A stretch of DNA of 64,000 nt from IMG/VR virus record IMGVR_UViG_3300031884_000004; one strand, written 5' to 3'. Positions 46,727-57,050 of this stretch are shown here, one piece after another (positions within the stretch are counted from its first letter, which is position 1; each line of letters starts with the position of its first letter). The notes under the pieces were generated by a model. The model saw nothing but the letters and a program-made list of their open reading frames with translations. It ran no database searches and was not told where the DNA came from. Source of the DNA: an uncultured virus (IMG/VR IMGVR_UViG_3300031884_000004). Lineage: Duplodnaviria > Heunggongvirae > Uroviricota > Caudoviricetes. The position numbers were made by a program, and so were the translations under genes.

Positions 46727-47129
46727 CCTGAAGCCTTATCACATCATCAAGTTCTGTTGTACTTGCTTCAAAGAATTCAAGGTCTGTAATAGCAACGACA
46801 CGGTGAACATAGCCCGGATGAACGTCGAATGATACTCCAGGTTCAAGTCGAATGATATCAAACGTTGATTCGTATTCAGAAACTTCTTCTGCGGTCATCG
46901 GGTTAGATAGAAAATGTTCTACATCAAATTTTTCTTTGCTTATGTACAATGTTCCTGTACCGGAAAAAACATAGTTGGTTTCGAATTTTTGTTGATGTAC
47001 TTGCAAGCTTGTTCTATTGCCAGCCTTGAAGAATATACGCTTTAGTGCATATGGTGTCCTGACACCATCTGCTATCCAGACTTCATGACCCCAGTGCTTG
47101 ACTACAGTTTTGATTTCATTTATACTCAT
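46680..47129 (-). CDS. cupin (mannose-6-phosphate-isomerase-like)
   Basis: KHWGHE, SLQVH..K.ET, HRV and DDVIRLQDD motifs. Confidence 0.8.
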   Translation of the reverse strand: MSINEIKTVVKHWGHEVWIADGVRTPYALKRIFFKAGNRTSLQVHQQKFETNYVFSGTGTLYISKEKFDVEHFLSNPMTAEEVSEYESTFDIIRLEPGVSFDVHPGYVHRVVAITDLEFFEASTTELDDVIRLQDDQNRTHGRIQHEHR

Positions 47130-47130
47130 G

Positions 47131-48012
47131 TCAAATATTTAGTAACTCATGATCTTGTATGTATTTTAATAATTCATCAGCCCAAACAGTATGACCTAGT
47201 TCATTTGGATGCCAGCCAGTATATCCAGCTTCTCCGCAGTTTTCATCTACATATGTCTTGAATGAATTATTAGTGATGTCTTTGTTATAGTACCTAATAC
47301 TATCTATCGTTTTCCATATAGTGTTATAGTTTATTTTATGAATGATACGGACATCATCATCTGATATACTGATATTACCTAAACCTAAAGAGTTTATCTG
47401 TTCTTCAACATTGATGTCTTGCCACTGATCGATATTAATCTGATTCAATCTATAAAAAGCATTGAAGTTTAAGAATCTGATTTTATTCGTTAGGCAAAAA
47501 TTCTGGAAGTTCAATATTGTAGTAATATACCTAGTAATGTATTCTTCAGGATTCCAAAAATTCAATACATATGTTTTAGTAAGATTGGCTAATGGTTTTT
47601 GTTTATGATCAGTCATGTGCGGATTGAGCCTAAACTTGTAGCTTTCTTTGTCATCATCACTCTTGTACCAAAAATCTCTGCGTTCCGGCGTAGTCCAACC
47701 TACTATGATAAACAGACGATCCGGGTTTATACCTTGGTTTAGTAGGTGCAAAACATATTCTTGCGTCCTAGCTAAGATACTAGCATTATCATCTCCGGGT
47801 TCAGCTAGGTTTATCACACGACATCTCAATAGTTCTGCTAGCTTAGTTGGCCATATCCGCGGTAATCTATAACTATCATTCTTAGGAAGATAGTCGATAG
47901 TAGTCAGATGATTACCTGGATGTTTTTGTACTAAAGCAGGATCTACTATCTCACACCCGAACGTCCAGCTATCACCGTTCGTTATCAAAATCAATTCATC
48001 AGGTGTAGCCAT
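47131..48012 (-). CDS. SGNH-like hydrolase
   Basis: NGDSWTFG, NLAEPG and HPNELGH motifs. Confidence 0.7.
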   Translation of the reverse strand: MATPDELILITNGDSWTFGCEIVDPALVQKHPGNHLTTIDYLPKNDSYRLPRIWPTKLAELLRCRVINLAEPGDDNASILARTQEYVLHLLNQGINPDRLFIIVGWTTPERRDFWYKSDDDKESYKFRLNPHMTDHKQKPLANLTKTYVLNFWNPEEYITRYITTILNFQNFCLTNKIRFLNFNAFYRLNQINIDQWQDINVEEQINSLGLGNISISDDDVRIIHKINYNTIWKTIDSIRYYNKDITNNSFKTYVDENCGEAGYTGWHPNELGHTVWADELLKYIQDHELLNI

Positions 48013-48802
48013 TCTCTAATAACCTTTCAATTATCAACTGTGCAGTATATTCATGTGCTGGATAATCTGCATGCTGACTTCCTATAGTATCAGGATATTG
48101 TAGAGTCAGCTCTCCCCAATTATGATGTATCAAATCTTTTTTAGGTATCAGATCATCGAACTTATCGTCACTTGCAAGCACTAAGCAATGTATATCACTG
48201 TTTGTTATTCTAGTGTATGCAGACAGTATCAACCCTCTATCATAATCAGATTTGATATTATTGTTAGACCAAACAGTTAGATAATGTTCTAATAACATTT
48301 TTAGTTTTTCAGGTGATTGTGAATGTAGACGTTGGTAATAATCGCTAGGCATTTTCTTTTGTTTTTCTAATGTCTGTAGATAATCAGGTATCGCCCCGAC
48401 CTGCTCAGTGAGCAACTTTGGATTATAGCTTGCATCATCTTTTAGATAAAAATCTAACGGTCGATCATGATGCGGTTGTGCATGATGATGCGGCGGATAC
48501 TGATGGTAGTTCAAATGTGATAGGTCTAATGTTATATGCTTTTGAAATTCGTCTTCTAACCATTCGATCCTATCATAACTAGTTACACATAAAATAACGC
48601 ACTTTGGTTTGGACAGCATCTTACTAGCATATACACCTTGGAGGAATACTGCATAATTAGACGCACTGCCCCTAGCTAATACGACCAAATCATATTCTAA
48701 CTTATCTGCGACAAGTTGACCATACCGTTGTTTTTCCATATCAACTAGTCCAATGCCGACATTGAAACTATCACCGCACACCACGATCTTTTCTTTATTC
48801 AT
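47999..48802 (-). CDS. SGNH-like hydrolase
   Basis: CGDSFNVG, ARGSASN and HADYPAH motifs. Confidence 0.65.
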   Translation of the reverse strand: MNKEKIVVCGDSFNVGIGLVDMEKQRYGQLVADKLEYDLVVLARGSASNYAVFLQGVYASKMLSKPKCVILCVTSYDRIEWLEDEFQKHITLDLSHLNYHQYPPHHHAQPHHDRPLDFYLKDDASYNPKLLTEQVGAIPDYLQTLEKQKKMPSDYYQRLHSQSPEKLKMLLEHYLTVWSNNNIKSDYDRGLILSAYTRITNSDIHCLVLASDDKFDDLIPKKDLIHHNWGELTLQYPDTIGSQHADYPAHEYTAQLIIERLLENGYT

Positions 48803-49589
48803 AGATGTTATTAAACTCCTGATATAAATGCTCTGCCCATCTTCTGTGACCTTCTATCATAGTATGATGATCAGCAGCCATTGGAATTTGATTAGCTACG
48901 CAAAAAAGACTCATCACATTTAATGATTCATCACATGAACGTGTATTCAGAATGCATGGTTTCTGCAATACTGAAATTTCTTGTTCAAATTGTTTTGATA
49001 TATTAATTTTTTTATATTCCGGTAACCATACTGTTCGCCACGGCAGACTACTAAAAAACAAGTACTTTACACCTAAGTTTTCTAATAGATTTTTCATAAT
49101 ATACATTTCTTGAAAAAATCTGATGTAATTGGCACGAAGTGAATATACATTCAAAATATAGTCTTTCTGCCAGTCATCAATAAGTTTTAAATAATCATTA
49201 CTAAAGTCAGGTCTAAAGAGTACATCATGCGAACTTACCGGCTGCGTAGCATTAAACATACACCACCCCTCTTTCTGTCCTTCGTGTAAATAGACTTCAC
49301 TCCTATCTACAGTTGTCCAGCCTAACATAACTACTAATGAACTATATTTTTCTTTAGGATACTTTCGTAGAAAGTCACATGTAGTTCTAACCATACGTGC
49401 ATTGCTTCCTGCACCAAGAGCTTCATTTATATGATCAACTCCAAACTTTTCTGCGACTACCGACGGCCAGGCACATTTCAAAAAATAGTTCCATCTTTCT
49501 ATTAATGGTATGTTTGATAAGCTCGGATCATCATCGATACCGTTTCCTGCTGTCCAGCTACATCCGTTAGCATATAAAAAATCAATCAT
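48795..49589 (-). CDS. SGNH-like hydrolase
   Basis: NGCSWTAG, GAGSN and HTMIEGH motifs. Confidence 0.7.
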   Translation of the reverse strand: MIDFLYANGCSWTAGNGIDDDPSLSNIPLIERWNYFLKCAWPSVVAEKFGVDHINEALGAGSNARMVRTTCDFLRKYPKEKYSSLVVMLGWTTVDRSEVYLHEGQKEGWCMFNATQPVSSHDVLFRPDFSNDYLKLIDDWQKDYILNVYSLRANYIRFFQEMYIMKNLLENLGVKYLFFSSLPWRTVWLPEYKKINISKQFEQEISVLQKPCILNTRSCDESLNVMSLFCVANQIPMAADHHTMIEGHRRWAEHLYQEFNNIYE

Positions 49590-50410
49590 CTTATTGTTCC
49601 GTATAATTTATTCTCATTGTTATCCCGAAAAACCTTATATATTTCTTCTTCTGATATAGAACTATAATGTATTAAATCATTCATAAAACACTCACGAAAA
49701 TTTGTCATAGGATCAAACATATAAGACTCATAACGATATATCGTGTAACAAACTAAATTAGTTTTGCTCAATGGTTGATTTATAATTCCCCTATTTTGTA
49801 AAAATCTGTTTAATGCAGCAGATGAATCATGCACTGAGTGTCCAGGCTCTTTGACCAGATCAATCATAATATCAGCAACATTGCTGTTTGTAACCCAAAA
49901 AACATCAGCTAATATATTATCACAGTGCGGGTCACTATAAATCGTCGATTTGGATAAGTCTATGTTAGATAGCTCACTTCCAAAGTTTTTAGCTGTAGGA
50001 AATATAACATCAGGACGGATCTTTATGACTACATCATATTTAAAATTGTTCTCTATCTCGTACTGCCTTTAAAGCTCAAAGCTTCTACAAAGAGTATGCC
50101 ATACTATAGGAAATTGGTTATTAGTCATATGACTATTCATGAACTCTGAATAACTATCTACTTTGTATCTTATCGGATTATATAATTCGATAAATTTCTG
50201 TAATTTTTCTTGAGATAAGGCTTCATCCGGGCGTTGAATAAATCGAATATTATTCCAATGTGTTCTAGCAAACGGTTTATTAGTTTCATAATCCCAGGTG
50301 TGCAGGAAAAAATCACAATCCGGCAGCATATCTCCTAAGTAACGGGTGATGTTAACATAACAGTTTATCCCTGTTCTGATCAATCCACTGAAACACACAG
50401 CAATCTTCAT
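49586..50410 (-). pseudogene. glycosyltransferase-like gene with an in-frame TAA at 50069-50071
   Basis: MKIAVCFSG..R; frame continues *RQYEIENNFKYDVVIKIRPD into ORF 49586-49867; paralog reads LKRQYEIEHNFEYDVV. Confidence 0.75.
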
Positions 50411-51273
50411 CTGAATAGATTTCTTTCTACTTGTAGTATTGCATCTGCGTCTTGCGGTAAACTATACAATTCTGCTGCCTTTTTCCTAAATATATAAGTG
50501 TTAAATATTAGGTTTGTTTCTTGTACTCTTATATTCTTTAGCATAAGCCATTTATATAAGCAGACATTATATCCGCATATTTTTATATAAGGATCATTCC
50601 AGTTAGCATCTAATAATTCCCAGAATTTACCTGTACTATAGTATCTATAAAAATCACAAACAGTATTCATCACCCTACTTGAACCGAAGAATAACACATC
50701 AGTAAAATGATTCTGCCAATATTCCATCGGGAATGTATTTGTCGAACCATATATTGCAGTTGGTTCTATTCTACCTGGTAAGTAATCCTCAAACTTTGTA
50801 CCCGGTGTATAATAACTATCATGCCTTGCTCTGACAACTAGATCAAAACGCATGTCATTTTCTATTTCATACATAGTTTTGAGCCAGTTAGCCTGCATGA
50901 TACTGTAGCTCATGTGAACGTATACTGTAGGTTTAGCTAGGTTAGCTGCTACTTTCATACCAAAAGTACATTCATCAAAACTTAATACGCTTGGTATCGG
51001 AGTGACATCGATTACAGTTTTATCTTCGATCAATAATTTTTCGTAGTTTATAGCTGATATCATATTCTGGTATAGCTCGTCCTTAGGATAAGATTCACAT
51101 TTCTCTATACCATAAAATCTATGTTCTTTCGTGTATTCACTGTCTGTCCACGTGTGTCCAAAAAACTTTATGTCATGGATATCACTCTTGAAAAATTCAA
51201 GTATATTCTCGCTACAATGGTTCCATGTGCGAGGCTCTCCGCTCAGACACACTGCTATTTTATATGACTTCAT
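50407..51273 (-). CDS. putative glycosyltransferase (IAVCLSG..R family)
   Basis: KIAVCLSGEPR, HTW and FDLVVRARHD motifs. Confidence 0.65.
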   Translation of the reverse strand: MKSYKIAVCLSGEPRTWNHCSENILEFFKSDIHDIKFFGHTWTDSEYTKEHRFYGIEKCESYPKDELYQNMISAINYEKLLIEDKTVIDVTPIPSVLSFDECTFGMKVAANLAKPTVYVHMSYSIMQANWLKTMYEIENDMRFDLVVRARHDSYYTPGTKFEDYLPGRIEPTAIYGSTNTFPMEYWQNHFTDVLFFGSSRVMNTVCDFYRYYSTGKFWELLDANWNDPYIKICGYNVCLYKWLMLKNIRVQETNLIFNTYIFRKKAAELYSLPQDADAILQVERNLFR

Positions 51274-52060
51274 ATGATGCTAACTCTTTCTTGATATCAA
51301 GATATTCTTGGCTTCTCAATATCTTTATACTCTGAGGACAACTGACGTTTTTTATTCCACTAGCACATAAAAAAGGATATAGTGCAACTTCCGGCGCCGG
51401 CGGGGGACATTGTATGTGCGGGGGCACCACATGATTACTATCGATAAACTGCAATGAATGAATAAATTCTGCTGCTTGGTCATACGTATAGCTATCAGCA
51501 AAATGAAACGTGTCACCGATCATAAATGATTCTACATTATCCACGTATCCGTTGCTCTTAGAATATAAACAGTTGGGACGAACTTCACGGGGCATGTTTA
51601 GATTTTCCATGAAGTATAGATCAGTCCGCATCCTAAACACAACATCATATTCGAAGTTGTGTTCGATCTCATATTGTCGTTTTAGATTAGCAGCATAATA
51701 TATACTATAATACTGGCTTCTACACCACCATCCTATCGGATTATTCACATACTCAGTTAGTATACTAGGATCTTTGTCGAACAGTGTTGGATTGACATTT
51801 CTATTATCAAACTTGTATTTCTTTGGCTGATATGTATCTATGATATCTTGTTTTTCTTCTTCAGTGATATGTACGTCTTTGAGGGAACGGACACCAGACT
51901 GTAATACTATCGTAGGTAAAGTATTATAATCCCATAGATGAAAGAAAATATCTTTCTCTACATTAGGTAACAAATGTTCTATCCAATTTGAATATGTCTT
52001 TTTCCATGTCCTCGGCTGACCACTTATGCATAGTGCTACACGCATCACATATTCTTCCAC
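51260..52060 (-). CDS. putative glycosyltransferase (VALCISG..R family)
   Basis: RVALCISGQPR, HLW and YDVVFRMRTD motifs. Confidence 0.65.
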   Translation of the reverse strand: MEEYVMRVALCISGQPRTWKKTYSNWIEHLLPNVEKDIFFHLWDYNTLPTIVLQSGVRSLKDVHITEEEKQDIIDTYQPKKYKFDNRNVNPTLFDKDPSILTEYVNNPIGWWCRSQYYSIYYAANLKRQYEIEHNFEYDVVFRMRTDLYFMENLNMPREVRPNCLYSKSNGYVDNVESFMIGDTFHFADSYTYDQAAEFIHSLQFIDSNHVVPPHIQCPPPAPEVALYPFLCASGIKNVSCPQSIKILRSQEYLDIKKELASYEVI

Positions 52061-53442
52061 TTATAATAAACATTCTCATATTCAGGGAATGTTTCTAAGA
52101 AATTCGTACCACGGCGCGTGTCATGCTCATCAACGAAAGTGATGAAGTTCTTGCGATTCGTGTTTGTCCATTCATTAACCACATCATCTTTAGTGAGGTT
52201 ATAGATTCGTTTTAACTTGTCAGCCTCATGTTCAAAAAAGCCGCGATTTGCAGTACCGTACCAGTTTTTGTTTTCTATGTTTTGATAAATGAATGTCACC
52301 TGATCGTAGATCATCTGAAGTTGTTCAGGCTCTATGATGAATACTGCCTGATGAGTTGGAAATCTAAGATAAGGAATATCTAATAGCATAGGAGTTCTTA
52401 CATCATCCCAACGATGATATTCTTTCTTGATATCTAAGATATCCTTGAGGAATGGAATATATGAAGTTATACTTAGAAAGTTATAGGTACTCATGATAGT
52501 AAACTGTATACCCGGAACTTCTCTATAAGTCTTATGAATATTAGTTAGCCAACGCTCATAGTTCATGCCAAACCTGATATACTCACTCTGTTTACCGTGT
52601 GCTTCAGCACTTGTGAATATCTTGATGTTTTTCAGTTTTTTTTCTTCAGATATTATCTTGATCTTTTCTAAGAACCTATTGAAAATATCATCAGGAACAT
52701 TCATGTTCGTATTGATGGCAACTTCTAGATTTGGATTAGGGTTATCGATGATATAATCCAGCACCTTGAAGGTGTTCTTGTTTAGTAGCGGCTCGCCTCC
52801 GGTAATTCTGAAGTGCTGTAGACTATTATACATCTTTGGCCACCACTTCCAGAAAGCCTCTACATATGGATTTTCTTCTCTATTGAGAATAGGCATCATA
52901 TTTTGGCTTTTCAACCAATCTAGATTATTGAACCTATCTGTGGTAGGATAAGGTCCGAACCGTTCGATCTCTTCCATCCATTGACTACTGATATGAGGTG
53001 CACAATAACTGCATTTGAAATTGCATACATTACCAAAGCTTACTTCTACATAGCTTGGATCAACATCATCATCCCATGGCTTATTGGCGATATCCTGTAT
53101 AAAAGGATTAGCCCATTTATCTGCACTCTTGTATATTCTGTCACTATGGCTATCACCTTGATCCTCTACTCGCCAGCAATAATCACATTCTGCTGGACGC
53201 TCACCTTCAAGCATCATCTTCCTTTGTAATTTTTTATAATTACTATTGTGCAGTGCAGTAGGATTTATTTGAATTTCTTGTACAGGAACATGATGCGTTT
53301 TAGGATGGTGGCAACTATGCGTGTGTCCATTTTGTAGATGCATAGTTACTTGTTTCCACTTAGCAGCACAGAATGTTTTGCTAACAGAATCTAGTTCATT
53401 TTTAACATTTTCTAAATGTTGTTGATAACCATTATTTGACAT
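52045..53442 (-). CDS. radical SAM protein with an N-terminal auxiliary Cys cluster (twitch-like)
   Basis: CNFKCSYC (CxxxCxxC), TGGEP; N-terminal CAAKW, SCHH and CDYCW. Confidence 0.88.
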   Translation of the reverse strand: MSNNGYQQHLENVKNELDSVSKTFCAAKWKQVTMHLQNGHTHSCHHPKTHHVPVQEIQINPTALHNSNYKKLQRKMMLEGERPAECDYCWRVEDQGDSHSDRIYKSADKWANPFIQDIANKPWDDDVDPSYVEVSFGNVCNFKCSYCAPHISSQWMEEIERFGPYPTTDRFNNLDWLKSQNMMPILNREENPYVEAFWKWWPKMYNSLQHFRITGGEPLLNKNTFKVLDYIIDNPNPNLEVAINTNMNVPDDIFNRFLEKIKIISEEKKLKNIKIFTSAEAHGKQSEYIRFGMNYERWLTNIHKTYREVPGIQFTIMSTYNFLSITSYIPFLKDILDIKKEYHRWDDVRTPMLLDIPYLRFPTHQAVFIIEPEQLQMIYDQVTFIYQNIENKNWYGTANRGFFEHEADKLKRIYNLTKDDVVNEWTNTNRKNFITFVDEHDTRRGTNFLETFPEYENVYYKWKNM

Positions 53443-53445
53443 ATT

Positions 53446-54387
53446 TTACCATCCTTCAATTTTACGAATCACGTCCATCTCTTTAACTAAAGGACCTAAA
53501 TTATACTTATCTGCATTATAATGTCTCTTGAAGAACTTACTTTGGTCTGCACTTAGCGTACAGATTGGCAAATCCAACTTGTCTTGAAGTTCTTCTCCGA
53601 TAACTTCTGCGTAATGATGCGGATTATTCTTGTGCTTGTCCCATAACTCAGGAAAGTTGTCGAACCACATGACATTGGTGTGATCCCAGTCAGTCAGCAT
53701 CGTCATCTGCGTTCCGAGCCGAGCACCGTATATTGCCCAATAACCATTCTCTACGTCCGCACCTACGTTGTGCCAGATTGTCAGATTGTTTAGATTGCGA
53801 CTTGACACTCTAGCTTTAAAATCATCAATGCTGGGCTTTGCACCCTTATCGAGAACCATCTTTACGCCCTCCCTAAATCCGGCTCTCCAGGCTTGGAAAG
53901 GGGTATAGTTTGGGTAAGTTACTGAATAACAGTCGTGCATTGCCCAATACAGATTGTTACTGGAATCCATGCAGAAATCTACCGTAGTGGTTGGATCACC
54001 GTCTGAACTTTCATGTGTGTGCATGTTCGCTACATATGTCTTAGTCCAGCTAGAGATACCACCGTTACCGTAACGAAGACCGTTAATAGCATTAATAGCT
54101 CGCCAACGATATTGTGCTAACTTGTAGCTAGGATCCTTATCTGTAAAATCTAACTGAATGTTGAAGAAGTCTTCGTTAGGAAGATTGTCACCGTCAATTA
54201 GAATGAAGCGTTCAGTGTCGGAAGCTTCTGCTGCTGCCTTGTGTGCCGCATCGCTGCCCTTTACTCCATCGACTCTCTTGGCCCACGGAACCATGTTCTT
54301 AATCTTGAGCCAGAATTCCTCTTTCTGGGGTTCATCGTAACTTAAGTAGATTACGTCTAAGTCGGCAATGTCTACTATGTCACTCAT
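53446..54387 (-). CDS. glycosyltransferase-like protein
   Basis: IYLSYDEP, RVDGVKGSDAAH and IDGDN (DxD) motifs. Confidence 0.65.
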   Translation of the reverse strand: MSDIVDIADLDVIYLSYDEPQKEEFWLKIKNMVPWAKRVDGVKGSDAAHKAAAEASDTERFILIDGDNLPNEDFFNIQLDFTDKDPSYKLAQYRWRAINAINGLRYGNGGISSWTKTYVANMHTHESSDGDPTTTVDFCMDSSNNLYWAMHDCYSVTYPNYTPFQAWRAGFREGVKMVLDKGAKPSIDDFKARVSSRNLNNLTIWHNVGADVENGYWAIYGARLGTQMTMLTDWDHTNVMWFDNFPELWDKHKNNPHHYAEVIGEELQDKLDLPICTLSADQSKFFKRHYNADKYNLGPLVKEMDVIRKIEGW

Positions 54388-54584
54388 ACAATCTTTATAC
54401 CGTTTCTAGAAACAACTGTAATATGATCAATTTCCTCAAGCTTGAGTTGTACTGCGGTAGATTCCTTTTCTTTGTTATACCAGGATGCTTCTACTACAGT
54501 ATAGTGTATATCTTTATTATTCCACCATGGTCCATCAAATTTAATCTTCATTCCAGGTTTGATGTCTAATTCTTTAGAGTTCAT
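54384..54584 (-). CDS. hypothetical protein
   Basis: 66-aa ORF. Confidence 0.5.
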   Translation of the reverse strand: MNSKELDIKPGMKIKFDGPWWNNKDIHYTVVEASWYNKEKESTAVQLKLEEIDHITVVSRNGIKIV

Positions 54585-54897
54585 ATGTTTCTAATTCCCA
54601 ATATTGTCCGTCATTGTCAGTCGTAATAATACTCATATCTTCTTGCTCGCACAGCGTTCCTTTGTCACTCTTGCGCAATCGTGAAACTGTAGTAGCACCT
54701 TGTCTAACTAACTTACCATCGATTACTCTTAAATCATGTCGGCATTCTGCATACGTTTGAGCATCGATTTCTATGAAGTTACCTTCAGGCTTTTCACATG
54801 TATAGAACAGTACCTTTCCCCTATCATCATAGTATAATCTAAACGTAGGAGGAACTATTACCGGCGGCTCCCAGATGATTATATGTTCTTCGTTCAT
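54574..54897 (-). CDS. hypothetical protein
   Basis: 107-aa ORF. Confidence 0.6.
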   Translation of the reverse strand: MNEEHIIIWEPPVIVPPTFRLYYDDRGKVLFYTCEKPEGNFIEIDAQTYAECRHDLRVIDGKLVRQGATTVSRLRKSDKGTLCEQEDMSIITTDNDGQYWELETYEL

Positions 54898-55649
54898 TTT
54901 ATATTCTCTAATATAGTATTAGCGAATTCTTTATTATAATAGTGAACTGGATACATCTGTGCGATAGTGTTGATTCTAAATGTATGTGGTAGAATCTCAT
55001 ATATTAGAGTATCTGTCCAGTTGTCTGTAAATAGTCCGTTGATGAACTGCTTCATGTGCACCATCCCATAAGGCTTGAACTGAGGCAAAGTAGTTTTCTC
55101 CGCGCCTATCACATGACATGCAATCGCATATACCCAGTCTGTGGTAGCAGGTTCATCAACGTTGCACTTTAAAGTGCCACGAATTTCGTCCCAATTTTCA
55201 AAGACTTTTCGTACTATATCAAAAAACTGTTTAGCCAAATCCGATTTTCTAAAATATGTGATCGCATTGTAACAGTCAGGAAGATTGTTGTCAACGATAA
55301 ACTTACGATAGTAAGTAACATCAGATATTTCTTGCTTGAAATTTCTGACATGAGTAGATACTACAACATCACGTTCCTTAAGAACGTCCCACCAGTAATC
55401 AATCGATTGCGGAATGTACATATCAGCTTCCAACTTGATGGTGTACTCATACGGAGAGGCGTCGTATACTTGCCAATCGTTTTGCAGTTTCCAATTCGTA
55501 TTTGGTGCCTGATCTCCATATGGCAACATGTCAGTTGTGATTATGGTCACGTTGGTATCGGGCATCGTTAGTTTAATGCTTGCTTCCAATGCTTTAGCAC
55601 ATGTGACATATTTGTCACCCTGTGCCATAATCACAAATCCTCTATTCAT
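54894..55649 (-). CDS. GT-A-like glycosyltransferase
   Basis: SPYEYTIKLEADM; paralog of 55884-56702. Confidence 0.65.
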   Translation of the reverse strand: MNRGFVIMAQGDKYVTCAKALEASIKLTMPDTNVTIITTDMLPYGDQAPNTNWKLQNDWQVYDASPYEYTIKLEADMYIPQSIDYWWDVLKERDVVVSTHVRNFKQEISDVTYYRKFIVDNNLPDCYNAITYFRKSDLAKQFFDIVRKVFENWDEIRGTLKCNVDEPATTDWVYAIACHVIGAEKTTLPQFKPYGMVHMKQFINGLFTDNWTDTLIYEILPHTFRINTIAQMYPVHYYNKEFANTILENIK

Positions 55650-55891
55650 TAGAAAGAAATTCCGAATTTTTCAAATACTCTAGTTTGATCGTCTAGTTCA
55701 TCTTCTTGATCCTTAATACATTCTTGCACTTTCATGATCAATAATTCATGATATTTTTCTACTAAGGCTCTACGGGTGGCTACTTCTATCGTTTTATCTC
55801 GGGACTGTTCTACTAAATGTAAGTTGGCTACAGCCACACCATACTGTTTGGCCACTTCATATGTGGCAGCGTCAATGATTGGTTTACTCAT
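55649..55891 (-). CDS. hypothetical protein
   Basis: 80-aa ORF. Confidence 0.5.
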   Translation of the reverse strand: MSKPIIDAATYEVAKQYGVAVANLHLVEQSRDKTIEVATRRALVEKYHELLIMKVQECIKDQEDELDDQTRVFEKFGISF

Positions 55892-56702
55892 GATCTTTTC
55901 CTTTTATCATATCGATGTATATTTCTTTAACAAGAATGTGAAAATCCATATCCTTAATAAGCATGTATTCTTTTTTATTCTTACCGTTTTTAGTGCTGTC
56001 AAACATTACTGTGTATTCAGTGTTTAACGAAGTATCGTTGTTAGCATATATCTGTGTGTTATTTCCAATATGAACTAAGTTCCATGGAAGATAATCAGTG
56101 ATTGGATTAGAATGTCCATTAACTATTCTTAATGCCAGCGTTAATGCAAAGTCATTACGATATGTTCCACCGACGAATCGATGGATATTTTCATAGTGTT
56201 GGTAGTTATTCTGTATCATTTTAATAGTATTAAAGATTTGATTTGCTCTATCGGTCTTTTTAAAAGCAATAACCGTAGCCCATAGTATTGGATAGCTATA
56301 ATCAGAGAGATAATCTTGCGGTGCAGCTGGCTGCATTAAAAATTTAGTAGTATTGTGACAACAAAAGTCATCGTATACTTCAAAAGTTTTTAGTAGCTTG
56401 TCAGAATTAACCACGTAGTCTACATCAAGTAGTATTGTTTCATCATATGGACTCAACTCATATGCTTGATACCTGCCTTTGTTGATCCACTGGCCCCATG
56501 TACGAAAATTATCTTTATTTGGAGTTACTGTAATTACCTTATCCCAAACATAGGTTGTTTTAGTTGGCAATGATTCTTCGTCAGTAACTAGTGTAACTGG
56601 CAATCCTAAAAAATGATTTACTCTTTTAGCTGTGAACTCTGCCATTTCATAGTAGTTGTATTTGATAGAATTGAAGGCAAAGAGTATTATACCTCGCGTC
56701 AT
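55884..56702 (-). CDS. GT-A-like glycosyltransferase
   Basis: SPYDETILLDVDY (DxD) and RNDFA motifs. Confidence 0.7.
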   Translation of the reverse strand: MTRGIILFAFNSIKYNYYEMAEFTAKRVNHFLGLPVTLVTDEESLPTKTTYVWDKVITVTPNKDNFRTWGQWINKGRYQAYELSPYDETILLDVDYVVNSDKLLKTFEVYDDFCCHNTTKFLMQPAAPQDYLSDYSYPILWATVIAFKKTDRANQIFNTIKMIQNNYQHYENIHRFVGGTYRNDFALTLALRIVNGHSNPITDYLPWNLVHIGNNTQIYANNDTSLNTEYTVMFDSTKNGKNKKEYMLIKDMDFHILVKEIYIDMIKGKDHE

Positions 56703-57004
56703 CTGTTACTTTCTAGAGCTTTCCATTCAGCATACCATTGCATAGTGGCTTCTATATATGCGAGACGCAATGTTTTCAGCAATTCAGCACGATTTACTTC
56801 TACTGGATTATTAAAGGTATCTATTAAAACCAGGGTTTCGGTATCAAATGAACTCAGAAAACTAATAGTTTCTGCATCTGCCTTCCAGAGGCCACCTTGC
56901 GCAGCTACAATAAGTTTAGCTGTGTACTTTTCTTCTAGATATGCTTTGGCTGAATTGTGGTTAAATCTTGCTTTAGCATCAGCAAGTAGTGTCTTAGTGT
57001 CCAT
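56699..57004 (-). CDS. hypothetical phage protein
   Basis: 101-aa ORF with AGGAG SD and CTAAATA promoter. Confidence 0.65.
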   Translation of the reverse strand: MDTKTLLADAKARFNHNSAKAYLEEKYTAKLIVAAQGGLWKADAETISFLSSFDTETLVLIDTFNNPVEVNRAELLKTLRLAYIEATMQWYAEWKALESNR

Positions 57005-57050
57005 CTTATACTCCTAAAGTATTTAGATAGACGCCATAGATGCAAAATAA

